Assembly: GCA_965113315.1 (NCBI GenBank)
Contig: OZ220374.1
DNA: 64,000 nucleotides
DNA from: Podarcis vaucheri
Lineage: Eukaryota
Direction: 5' to 3' (one strand)
Both the position numbers and the translations under genes were made by a program. This document shows positions 24,001 through 37,100 of the stretch, piece after piece (the stretch's first letter is position 1; each line of letters starts with the position of its first letter). The notes beneath the pieces were generated by a model, which was not told the DNA's origin, did no database searches, and saw only the letters and a list, made by a program, of their open reading frames with translations.

Positions 24001-27000
24001 ATTTTGAACTTTATGTTCTAAAATCTACCATACCTCATTTAGATTCTGACATACTGCTTTTTCCCCTTTTACTCCCGGCTCTTCTCTCTGTTCTCTTTGC
24101 TGCAATTCTTGGATTGTTTCTTGCAATTTCTTTTCCTCACATTGCAGCTGATGAACCTGTTGTCTCTTCTCCCCAAGCTGCCACTGAAGATCTTCTACCT
24201 TGGATTCCAATTCGTGTACTTTTTTCTGTGCCAGGATGTTAGCATCTTGCTCAGTCTGTAGAGCTTTTCTTTGCACCTGCCTCTCCTTTTCCATCTGTTG
24301 TTTCAATTGCACAACTTCCAATTTATATTTCTCAGTTTCGCTAACCAGGGCAACTATACAGTCATGCTTTTCGTCCAGTTGTTTTTGTAGATCCTGGAGT
24401 AATTCTTCAGCTGGTGTAAGAGTTCCATCCTGACTTTTCTGGTCAGCTGCCTGAAGCTGGGCACACAACTCTTTCTCCCTTTCTAGGGCACTGTTTATCT
24501 CAAGAACCCTGAATCTCTCAGATTCCAGAAGTACCTGAAGCTCAGAGTTACAGCTGCGCTCCTGGGACAACTGGGCTGCATTCAACGTTTCTTGGGACTG
24601 GATCTTCTTTTGCAAATCAGTTGACAGCTCTCTCTCCAGCTCCAAAAGATTACTCAGTTCCGCAACTTTTTGTTTCTCATTTTCAAGGGAATATTTCAAA
24701 TCCTTCCAAAAGGAAAAAAGAAAATCATACACAACTGTCTGAATGAATCTGAAAATACAACTTGAATGTTGACACTACTGGGGCTGAAGAAGATCTTACT
24801 AGATGTGATTCTAATTCAGGGCTTAACCTAATGCTGGAGTCTCTTCATTAAATATCCCCCCCCCCCACTCCAATAAAAAGGATTATGCAGACCTGCAAAT
24901 ATCTCAGCTTAAAAGTCTTGGTGCCTACTGAGAATGTGTTGAAATGTAAATTTATTTCTGACAACTTGAAGGGATTCAGACTCCCACCTACTGGCATATC
25001 AAAAAACCTCAGGCATCATTTGGCAGCCGAGTAGATTTAAACTTGGTACAAAGGAAGAGGAGGAGGAATAGTTCACATACTTATTAGAAGTATACGGTCC
25101 ATCATGGGAGAGACTAGCATGCTGGAACACATTCCTTGTATGCACAAGGTCACAGGCTTACTTCCAGGCATCACCAGTTAAATGGCTCAGATATAGCAAT
25201 GTAAAAGACCTCTGCCTGACACTCTAAAGAGCTACTGCTAGTTAGAGTGGACAATACTGAATTAGATGGACAAATAAAAAGTCCGACTTTGCGTAAGACT
25301 GCTTCTCATGTCCCTAAAAGGATGAACATATGGCTTCAGGTACTGAAACCCACAAGGCCACACACTGTCAGTCAGTGCACCGCTTCTACTTCCACACCTT
25401 GCTTGTTGCATCATTATTTAGTTAGATAAAATCTATAGCTCTGTATGACTACATTCCACACGCTCAGAATGTTTTAAGGGTCAAGAACTGTTACCTCAAG
25501 CTCTTCTTTTCCTCTTTCTTCACTGCGTTCTATTTTGGCCCTTTCTTTCTCCAACGCCCATTGAAGCTCTCTTGATTTCTTCTGTTCACTTGCCATGGTG
25601 TCCTTGAGCAAATCTAATTCAGCTGCTTTCCCCTTAAGTTCGTTTCTGACAAAAGTCAAGACAAGGTTGCCTTTATAAACCTTTTTCAAGAAAGTAACTA
25701 GAACAGGATAAATTATTCACACGTGTGTGGACACTGAGTGTGAAACTACATGTTAAAAGGGAAACATTAGGTTGTCAATTTCATCTTTGCCTCCTAATAG
25801 TAATGGGGGGTGGACATTTGTTTAGGAAGTACTGAATCCTTCCTTGTCCACTAATTCGACATCATCCCAACCCTTGGTGTTTATGGAGTTAACATGTTGT
25901 TCCTTGTAGAATATTTTTTCTTAAGCGTCAGCAAAACGAGGCAAGTCAATCTAAGGGATTATCCACCCTTACCTTTTGCCCCTCTTTCCAGGGTTTTTTG
26001 GATTTTTTTGCCACAGATGTTTCTCCATGTAAACCCGCTCTTTAGTGGTCAATCAGAGCAAGCGTTAATTCGGGTATCTGTGGATTGCTATTTTCTCTGA
26101 TTGACCTTTAAAGAGTAGGTTTTCGCAGGCAAAGCTCTGGAGCGAAAAAAAGAAAAGAAAAGAAAAAAAGGATGCTAAAACATGGAGCTTTAAAGCACAG
26201 GCTGTGCCTGGAAAGAGTAGAAAAAGCTCAGTGTGGATAAGCCCTGATTTAAGTAATTAAACAGATTCAATAACCAACCTGATACTACATTAGCTATTAT
26301 AGCTATTACAGTTAGAGGTCATTGGTTTTTTCTATAATTAAAAACCAGAGAAGTCAAACTGACTTTGTATAACAACTTATGGATATATAATTTATATTGA
26401 CATTAAACTTCAGATTTATTATAGGACCCAGCCAATGAGAATCTCACCTGATGGCTTCCAGATCTCTTAAGTGCTTATGCTGGGCTTTCAGTGTAGTTTC
26501 CAGTTCCAGTTTAGTCTGTCCAAGTTCATTCTTCAGTTCTGCAACCATCACCCTCTCAGAATTCAGCTGCTCCTGAACCTCAGCTGCTTTGTCCTTTATA
26601 TTACTAAGCTCCATTTGCACTTCCATATTGTACCCCAACAATTCTAGAGAATATGCAGTCAAACAATAAGTAACTGACTGTACACACTAATCCTTTATGA
26701 TCGGAAAAAACGCCCTGAGCAAATGGCTGTTGCAAGTCCAATATACCACTTATAAAACACGTTTCAGCAAATGGTAGCAAAGAAACAGGTACACATACAT
26801 ATGCCTTCACTCAGAACAGACCCTTGACATACCTCTCTCATCTTCAGTCTTCTCCTTCCTCAAGCTTTTTGGCAAACAGTACTGTATTGTGACTGTTTAC
26901 CTACCAGTATGTTAGATTTCTTTAGTTAGTGTGACTGTCTCTGTGCTTGCCTCAGAATTGCTCTTAGTCACAAACCAATATCAGCTTTATTTTGCCCTAT

Positions 27001-30000
27001 TAAGTAAGCCACCCTCTCCTCAGTCTGTTGTCTATTCTCTGCTTTTCCTTGTGCCTCTTCATCTAGGCAAGCAGCCTTCAAAGATGGGAAAGGCTTTGGG
27101 GAAAAGCACCACCTCACCCACCTCCAAGGCATGCGTGCTTCAGAGTCTGTCATCCAGATTATCGAGTGTTGCAGAGGTTGAGACGTAGAATGAGGGAGAA
27201 GGTGCCTAATGAGGTAGACCCAATGGCACTTGAAATACAGCGCTCCAACTACTATCTTGCTGGTGCAGTTCAAAGCGGTAGCAACTGTGTGCATGCCTCA
27301 AATTTGTCCCACATTAGACAAGTTTCTCCTGCGGCAAGGTAAACAGTGTTTCCGTGCGCTGCTCTGGTTCACCAGAAGCGGCTTAGACATGCTGGCCACA
27401 TGACCCGGTAGCTGTACGCCAGCTCCCTTGACCACTAAAGTGAGATGAGCGCCGCAACCTCAGAGTTGTCCGCGACTGGACCTAACGGTCAGGGGTCCCT
27501 TTACCTTTATGAATATATAAGCATACACAGCAACACAGAGTCTTATAAATTACCATGACATTTTGGCTCCACTTCTAGTTCTCCCCTTAGATCAGTTCTT
27601 CTGTTGTTCAGCTGAGCACGCAATAAATTGATTTCCATTAACAGACTTCTTCTATCTGCATTCTGAATGCAGTCCACAGCAGTTCTCTGAAATATGTGCT
27701 GTTATCAATTAGAAACAAAAGAACGAACAAGAACACCAAATGAGTGAGCAATAACCCAGATTATTAACTAAAATGTGTCTTCAGAAATCACAATTTAGCA
27801 AGTTATTGTCATCTCAAGCATTTTATACGGAACATTGTGTTTGCCGCTGAAGAGCACATAATGCAAAACATGCAGGATTTCATCAAGGGATCAGTAATAA
27901 CTATTAATGTTTATAGTTTTATCATTTCTGTGTGGTGATCTTCAGTAACAAGTCTTCTACTTTTCTTAAACTGTATTTCTATAAAATAAAAGCATTGTGG
28001 TATCACAATAGCATGACACTACATCTTTATAGAATGCTTTTCAATTTACATTTTTAAATGAAGGAAATATTCCTGTTGCAGTGCAATTCTATATATATCT
28101 ACTCAGAAATAAGTTTCAATGGAGCTTAGGGGGTACAAAGGTATAGGTGTGCAGTCAAAGATGGAAAAAGTTTATAAACTACAATTTTGGAGAAAGTTCA
28201 AAGTTGACTCTCTGGGAACAACCTTAGCAACATGGAAGGCATTTTTAGATGAAGCAGTATATAAACTGTTCCCCCGATATGCTTTTGGACATTGGATTGA
28301 CAGGCAAGACTGTGGAGCAACAGGCAAGACAATTGCTAGGATTTAAAACCGCAATGTGAAGAGCTTCTGTAGTAATTTAAAAGTTTGTCAAGAGAGAATC
28401 ACAATTTTTGCCATACATGAGTACGTCTTACCTGTTCTTGAAGTCTCTTTTCCAACTGATCCACAATCTCCATTACATCTCTAATGCCCATTTCAGCCAA
28501 TTCCATTTGAAACGCTGCTAGAAGAACATCCTTTTCTTTTTGAAACACTTGTTGAACGGCATACAGAAGTTCAGCTCGCCAATCTGAGACACCTTCAGAA
28601 GATTCAGATCCTGCATAAAACTACAAAGGCATGAATGCAATTAAGTAGTCATATCATCACGTCAAACTTTTTTGTTGTTAACTTTCATTGATCTGGCTTT
28701 TAACTTATGCATACTATTGTGGTCATCAGTAATACTCAAAGAAGCTGCATATATGTTTTGAGATGGCCCAAATTGCTGGAACAGATTCTGGGCTAGCTGT
28801 GGTGGAGACTGGAGTAAAGCTTGTGGTAAATGTTGTGCCAGAACATTTGGAATCTGGAGACAACTGCACTTCAGTGTGTTAAGTGTGACAACTGGGGCCT
28901 GACGCCTCCAATAATATGTGTGAGTGCTAGGTCCAGTTTTTGTAAACAACTGAGAAGCTGAGTAAACTCTCAATATAGTTGTTGTTGTTGGGTTTAGTTT
29001 TGCTTAGAGGGCCAGGGAAGGTGAGCTGTATTGCAACCTCCCATTCATTTTAAGAGTACTATTGTGCTGGATTCTGCATTAAACATTGTCATTCTTGACC
29101 CTTTTGCCCTTTGCTTAATTAAAATAATAATTAAATCCAACCAAAACTGTAACAAGGAATATGACCACATTCTCAGTTTGATTGCTTTTGTATTTTGTAT
29201 TTTGTATTTTGATTGCTAGTCTTTATTTTTTGTTATTTTGGTCTTGGCTCTTCTGCCTTCAAAGCCACTTTTGAATCAAAGGTATTTGAAAAGCTGCTTG
29301 TGATTTTGGTAGGTTACTGTTAAAAGCAGAAAAATAAGAGGTCCTGCTGAGTGTGTACAAGCTCTCTGGAGCTTGCATGACTTGGGCTGTAATTCTATAT
29401 ACACCTTCCTAGGAGTAAGTCCCACTGAACACAATGAGATTCACTACTAAGTTGACCTGTATAGGATTGATTTACATATGGCAAGAATTAGATCAGTACT
29501 TTCTTATCTCTGCTTGCAATGGCCAAACTCAAAAAATCACTTGCATACGATTTAGCAAGGATCTTAAATTTACTTGCAGTCAATTTTTCGCCCTTCACAG
29601 CCCTCTTCTATCAAAGAATGCACAACGAATATTTCACATTAACCTACGTAAAGAAAAAGGCATCTAGTACAAACCACGAAGACTAAGCAGTTTCGCGGTT
29701 ATAATTACCTCAGTGTCCCTGTGAATCTGCATTTTTGCAATTACATCCTTCAAAGATGAAACAGTGCCCAAGAAAGCCTTACGTTCTTCTAGCCAAAATT
29801 CTGGGCCTTGTTTAAGGGAATGTACGTTACTTTCCTTATAAGGAGATTCTGAGAGAGATATAATCTGTTCACCTTCCCGATGAATAGCTCTTAGCAATCC
29901 CTGTTAAAAAAAGAAGACAAAAGCTGTTATAAAATCATGCTGTTTGCTGTTTACCATTCTGAGCACATCATATCAAATCAGCCATGCAAAGATAAAGGGG

Positions 30001-31132
30001 CAGTCCAAAGACAATGGGGAGCCACTGTCCCCCTATGTGCTCAAACTTGCACGTGCTTTGGGCTTGAACACTCTCTACCTACCTTCATGGCTGTAAAGAA
30101 GAGATTGGAAGCGATCACTTTTCAATAACCCAAAGATCCTCATTTTGCCCTACTCTTTGAGTTTATGACTTGCTTTCAAACCATAGTTTTTTTTAAAAAA
30201 AACAACACCTCAAATTTGGAAATGAGGGGGAATTGTGATTTATTTAAAAATGGAAGTGAAAGATTATAATTTTCTCCTCATTATGCTCAAACTGGCCCAG
30301 AGCAATGGCTATAACCAAGAGGAAATGTTGGCTCCTCAAACAGTATGTATGTTTTTCTGTTTCTACATCTCCCCTCTAATCTCTGTAATAGTTGTTGCAA
30401 GGATTCCAGATTATACTGGTATAAAATCCCCTTATTTACCTTTATTCCCTTTGGAAGAATATCTGTTGATTCTTCACCTTCATCTCCTATTCCTTCTGAT
30501 ACAGAATCTGATCCTTGGCTTGGTACAAGATATGCTCCTTGGCTCCAGTCTGAACTAGAGTCTAAAACAGGCAAATCATTGGGACAAATCAACATGGCTT
30601 CTGGAAAGGGAAATACTGCCAAACGCAGCAAGAGACAGGGGACATTCTCAACCATATTTGGAGATAGTGGGAACTGAATCTGCATGCAGAGAAAAAACAT
30701 TGTTCTCTTACCACTGGAGCATCCATCTCTAGCGTTAGAAGATGAGGGTTGCGCTATGCCAGGGATCCCCTAAAAGTCGAAAAAATAAATAAATCTAAAG
30801 ATCAAGATTGAGTTCACTGTAATAAACTGATGAACAGAAAACAATAATAAAAGCAACCAGCACAACTACTAGTTGTTGTTGTTTTTAAAATACAACCACA
30901 TTTCATTATCATCTACAAGGTCAGCACAAAAGCAACCAACTTTCCCAGCTTAAATTCAGCTTGCTTTCAACAATTTATAACATCTCTGCATTCCAATTTA
31001 CACCAGCCACTGAAAGTTAGAGGAAAAATTATTTGAGGCCCACTTTAAAATGTTGATTCCATTAAATCCCTGACTAGCACTTCATTTTATGGGAATCCAA
31101 TTCATGTCCCAATAAGCTATCCACAACCTTTC

Positions 31133-31177
<45 letters not shown>

Positions 31178-34100
31178 TTATTATTTATATCCCACCCATG
31201 GAGAACTAATCAGTATTCCTCAACAAGGGCCTCCAGATGGTGAGTCCTACCATAAACCCTTTCAAAGCCCTCCCAGACCCCTTTCCTTATACCCTCCCTC
31301 TCCTCTTATCCCTATTAATCCCCAGGGAACCCTAAATAAGGCAGCTGTTTCCTATGAAGAGTGCTAGTTTCAGAAGCACCATATGTGCTCACTTCTAATA
31401 GCCACGAGTGCCACAAAAAGAACATCATCATCTGCACCATCTATGGAAGCCCGCAAGAAAAAGGTTGGACATTTTCCCCACATATCACTGGATTCCCCTG
31501 GACTGATGAGAAATTATGGAAATTTATCTGATAGTGATAGAACTCCATGAGGCTATGACTGGTTCAACACCCTTGTAGGCATCCTGCAAACCCTCTTATT
31601 GAAAATGGAAGTGTTGTGACATTATTCATAATACACACCTCTTTATCTCTCAGGGCTTCTATGACATCCTTCAAAGTGTTACATTCCTCCGTTAATTCCT
31701 GCACTACAATAAACTGCTCTCTTTTTAGTGCATCCGATTCTGAGATATGCCGGGTCTCCATATCCATTATTTCAGCAGCATGTAGCTCCTGCATTTTATC
31801 AATTTTTTCACTGAATTCTTTGATGATTTCTGCAACTTCCTCTGCAGAACACCCATTCTGTAAATCAATCTGAATTTCCTCATTTTTGACAAGGAGCTGT
31901 GAAGTTTGGTTGCAGCTGTTGATATGCAGGGCTTTGTCAGTCTGACATGATGCATCACTTCTATTGATACAAACACCCTCTGACTTTTCAATGCACTTTT
32001 CCTTTCTCACATAATTTTCAATTTTCTCTTCTGCCTCAGCCAGTTTATCTTTGGTTTGCCTTAGATCTTCTTCGAGACGAAGTAAACTTGTTTCTTTTAC
32101 CTAGAAATGGATCAGAATTACATGTGTTTCAAATGCCTTTTTCAAAGCATTGAGTTTAAAACATCTGAAGTGGTTAGGGCCTTGTCAAAAAGTCAGATTT
32201 TTATTGTTGGCAGCCAGTGGCCATTACAATGTAACTCACAAAAACAAACAAGGGAACATTTATGTGGAAAAACATCGTGTATATTGATATAAGAATAAGA
32301 ATACCACTCTTCAACCAAACAGTCTTTTATGAAAATATTACAAGCAATCATTAGCTCAAAAATGAAATAATTATGGCAATGTTCAGTTCTTACCATTAAC
32401 TGCTCATTAAGTTTTTCTGCCTTTTCTCTGTAACTATTAAGCTCTTCCTTAGCAGCAACAGACTCAGCTCTGATTCTCTCTAGTTCAGGATCATCAGACA
32501 GTATATTTCCTTCTTTGTTTTCACTCAATTCTTTAGCCACCTGCACAGCAATGTATAAAAAACCCCAATTTTGTGACTATAAGCCCATGAATGTTTTGCT
32601 ATTTGCTACTACAACCCTGATATCATGATTCCTCATGACATAAGCTGCGCAACAAAGCTTTAAGTAGTTCATTAGGTTGCTAACCAATGAAATCAGGACC
32701 ATGCAGCTAAGATGTGGTGTCTCTGAAGCGCTCTGGATCATTAAAGAAGTCCACTGAAGCATTTGAAAAGGCCACGGAGTACTACAATACAGATATTGGC
32801 CTAGTTAGGTGTGCGCATATTCAGCAGGTCGTGGTGAGTCATAGCTTTCCACAGGCTTCCTCAACCTCGGCCCTCCAGATGTTTTTGAGACTACAATTCC
32901 CAGCATCCCTGACCACTGGTCCTGCTAGCTAGGGATCATGGGAGTTGTAGGCCAAAAACATCTGGAGGGCCGAGGTTGAGGAAGCCTGACTTACCACATC
33001 ATGCATACCAGGCCAGTATTACCTTTAGCACTTAGAGCACAAGAGTATGGCATTAAATGGAATAACCTAAAGCTACGATTCCAAGAGTCCATGCCTAGCA
33101 AAGTGCTTCTTTGAGTGTGCTACAACTTGTCTGAAGCTACTTTCATTGAATCAGCAAGAGAAAATGTCTACTCATTTTCAGCAGCGGTTATTTGAAGGGC
33201 ACAAGCAGTAGCAGTTGGTGGGCAGAGCAGGGTGGTGTTGCATATCTTGCGTCCCAATGCTGGGGTCACTGCCCGCTACTGGCGGGCAGCGGGGAAGCTG
33301 GCATACAGCAGGTGATGCAGCACCGTCAGTCTGGAACTCCCACCACTGGCCTGCAATGCACAAACCTCTCCACTGCCTTGTTCCCTCCCCATCTCAGAAA
33401 CTAGCAAGTGACCCAGGTACTGGGAAGCCAGGTAAGCAGCTCATTCCCACTCCAACCTGCAGATTGCTACTGGCTACAGTGGCTGGGGCACAAAAGGAAA
33501 CCAAAGTATTTCCAGCAGGCGGGTAGAGGTTCACACATGGTCTTTGGAACCCATCCTCAGAAACAGTAATACTTAACTGGATGACCTTTTAGAATTTACT
33601 GAAGTATATTGATGGGAGGGTGCTTCTTTCTACCTTGCACAGTTATGCAGCTAGTATTATTATAATCTGCTAGAACTGGCAACAGTTCATGATAAGCAAT
33701 GCGAAAAGATACAAGTTTCCTTACAACTGAGAAATCTGTTCCCCATTATGCAAGGAGACTTGATGAACTATTGCAGAAACATTTTTGGTCATGTATATGG
33801 TGTTTTCCAACATCACCTCACCCATATTTTGGGAAAAGTCACCTACTCCATAAAAGAAGAATGAGCAGCCATTTTCGGGCCACACAAACCTGAGCAGTAA
33901 GCGTTTTTTCTTGCTTAGAACCCTTTGCTTTCTCCTTTTTGTGCTTTTCTTCTACTTCTGCTAGTAGCTGGTGAAGTTCAGCAAGTCTCTCTTCCTTCTC
34001 CTTTGCTTCCTTCTGTGCAATTTCCACCTTTGCTTTTTCTAGCTCCAGGCTGCTCTGTGCACCTGCCAGCTGGCTCTCCATTTCCAAAAGTTTGTTGGAT

Positions 34101-37100
34101 AATGAAGATAATACAGAACCTGCATCTTCTCCAGGCGTGCTGTTTCCTTTCTCCGCTGAAATAGTTTTTATAGCTTCTAAGGCGTCTCCTGAAACCACCT
34201 GCATTTCTTGGAGAAGTTTACTTTGCTCCAGAACTGCTTTCAGCTGAGCTTGACTCACAAGGGCTGCAGCAACTTTCTGCTCAAGCGTTTCTTCCAGCTC
34301 TGTTATTTTCTGTTTAAGCACCACTGACTCAGCCTGGGCTTGCTCTTTTAAAGCCGTGAGCTGATTGCAATGTTGCTTTAGCTCTGAATCCTTTTCCTCC
34401 AAAGCCTCTTGAAGCTGCTGCAACTTTGTGCTGGAAGAATCTTTGGCATTTTCCTCCTCATAGCCAAGAGGGGTTTCATTTTTTAACATTTTAGTTTTCT
34501 TCTGACTTTCAGTTTTCAGTTGGCTTGATCCTCGTATTTCTGCCACACCACTGTCCATCTGCATGTTTCTGTGTATTCCTTCCTTTTTCTCATGTTCTTT
34601 CTTAAATGCATCTACTTCTTTCTCCAACTTGCCCATCTTTAATTTTGTTTCCTCAAGTTCATTCTTCATGACAGAGACCTCTACATCTTTATTTTCCACT
34701 TGTTTCACCAAAGCTTCCTTTTCTGCCAACACGACATCAAGCTGGTATTTTAAGTTATCTGCGTCTTCCTGAGTCAAAGAAAAGTCCAGAGGTACTTTGT
34801 GCTCAATATTTGCCAACTCCTGCTGGAGTTTTTCGATAACGTCATTTAGCTGCTCGAGTTCCTGTTCGCTGTTTTGCTTCACACGTTCCTGATCGCTCTT
34901 TAAATATTCTATTTGGGCCTCCAGTTCCCTTATGTGCTCATTTTTGCCCTCAATCACCTAGGTGGTCAAAGAAATAAAAAATATTTAATTATCCAAAAGA
35001 GGTAGACAGTTCTGGAATTCATTCCAACAACTTGCTTACATAAACAACAACTCATATTATCAATATATGATTGATTGCATAGTGTCAATCAATCCACCTT
35101 CGCATGGAAGTTTTAAAAACCAAATGTTTCTGACAGTTATTTAAGAATTTTGGTTTGTTCAAACATACACTTCATAGTATTTTCCACTTAAATGTTTCAA
35201 GTTCTGGAAAATATAAAATTCACTGTGTTCAAAGGGACTATATGCAGGACCAAGTCGCTTCATAGTGCTTTTTGATCAATTATGTCTGTAGATATACAAG
35301 CAGCTTATAGAGTAATTTGTGTAACTCTAATTCAGCTGATATTTTCTCTGCCAGAACTATTCCTATATCTCAGCTCCTCAGCTTCATTCTAGTTACTGAA
35401 CTCCCATTTGCCATTTGCAAAAAAGAACTCTCCAGAGTGCTGGTTGTTTCAACAAAACCACCGTTATATCCTTAGTCACTAGAACTTAACATTCTTTTCC
35501 ACAGTCCAAACATACAACAAAAAAATGAGTAAGTAAGGATCCTGATCGGTCTCCTAAGTTACAGAATCATAGGGTAATTTCCACATCTTCCTACACGGAT
35601 GAAGTTGCTATATTATCTAAGTACCGTCATACCTTGGAAGTCAAACGGAATCCATTCCAGAAGTCCGTTCGACATCCAAAACGTATGGAAACCAAAGCAC
35701 AGCTTCTGATTGGCTGCAGGAAGCTCCTGCAGCCAATCGGAAGCCGTGGAAGCCCCGTAGGACATTTGGCTTCCAAAAATAGTTCACAAACCAGAACAGT
35801 CACTTCCAGGTTTGCGGCGTTCGGGAGCGAAAACGTTTGAGAACTAAGCTGTTCAAAAACCAAGGTACGACTATATATGGTTGGGGAAAAGAGAAACTCA
35901 TACAATCAACACCTCATATCTTTTTTTCTTTTTTTTAAAAGTGGGATACATTTAACAACGTAAGAAAAGCCATGCTGGGTTAGGTCAAAAGCCCACCTAG
36001 TCCAGCATCTTGTTCTCTCAGTGGCCAACCAGATGCCTATGGGAAGCTCATAGCACTCTCTCCACTTGTGATTCCTGGCATGCATTCAGATGCATACTGC
36101 CTCTAATAGTGAGAGAGAACATAGCCACTGTGGCTAGAAGCCATTTGACTGAGAGAAAAAAAGAATTGGGGACTATTCAAAAGCTGTGAAATCATGACTT
36201 TACAAAACAGATGTAAGAGATTTTGTAAGGGGGCGGGGAAGGACACTATGAAGTAGCAGAAGAAATAAAAATAATAAAGCATATTATTTCACTTGTGTAT
36301 TATTATGAAGAAGGCAAAATGATCCAAGAGATAAGTTGCCAACCATACAAGGACTGTTCCAGAATTTTATCTAAAAGAAATCTATTAAGAAAGAGGGGAA
36401 GGTGTAAAGACCAAGTAAGAAGATTCAAATTATTCAGACAAATAATTTAGAGGAAGATAGAAGTAGCTAAATGGGGAAGGTGTGGTTTAGAAACCTCAGG
36501 AAGAGTTTCAATGCTAGGAATTCAAAGTCAGAAACAGAAAGAGGAGTATAAATAGAATGAGTTCAAAAGACCAATGTAGAATAGCTGAAATATTGGTTTT
36601 GAATAGATGACAAGTGATTGATTTATAACAACTTCAAGAATAGAGTTTTCTTTTTGCTTTCTCAGCAAAGGATGCAGAAAGAATTTATTAGCCACCACAA
36701 AAATCTTAAAATCAAAAGAAATACAATAAACAACAACTACTAGATGGAACCAGAAAACTCAGAAGCTCTAGATATTTTACATCTTAATGATACAAGATAA
36801 AGTCACAGGATTTATGGGAAGCACTACAAATAATTGTCTTCCTCTTTCCAAAAGATATAGCAATTCCTGAAAAGACATATAAATAAAGCTAGTGAATTCT
36901 CTCTATTGCTAATGCAAAGGAGGCTGTGTGGAGGACTTGCTAGGTAACATAACTTGAAGAACAAGTAACATATCTATATGAGTAGCAGCGGCAGTGATTT
37001 TAGGCATGTAGTCAAGAAAGGAACAGAAATATGGGATCCTGAAATTGAAAGGGGGGGGGAGGAAGATCCAGAACAAGTTTCTCTTTTGAAACCTGAAAAT

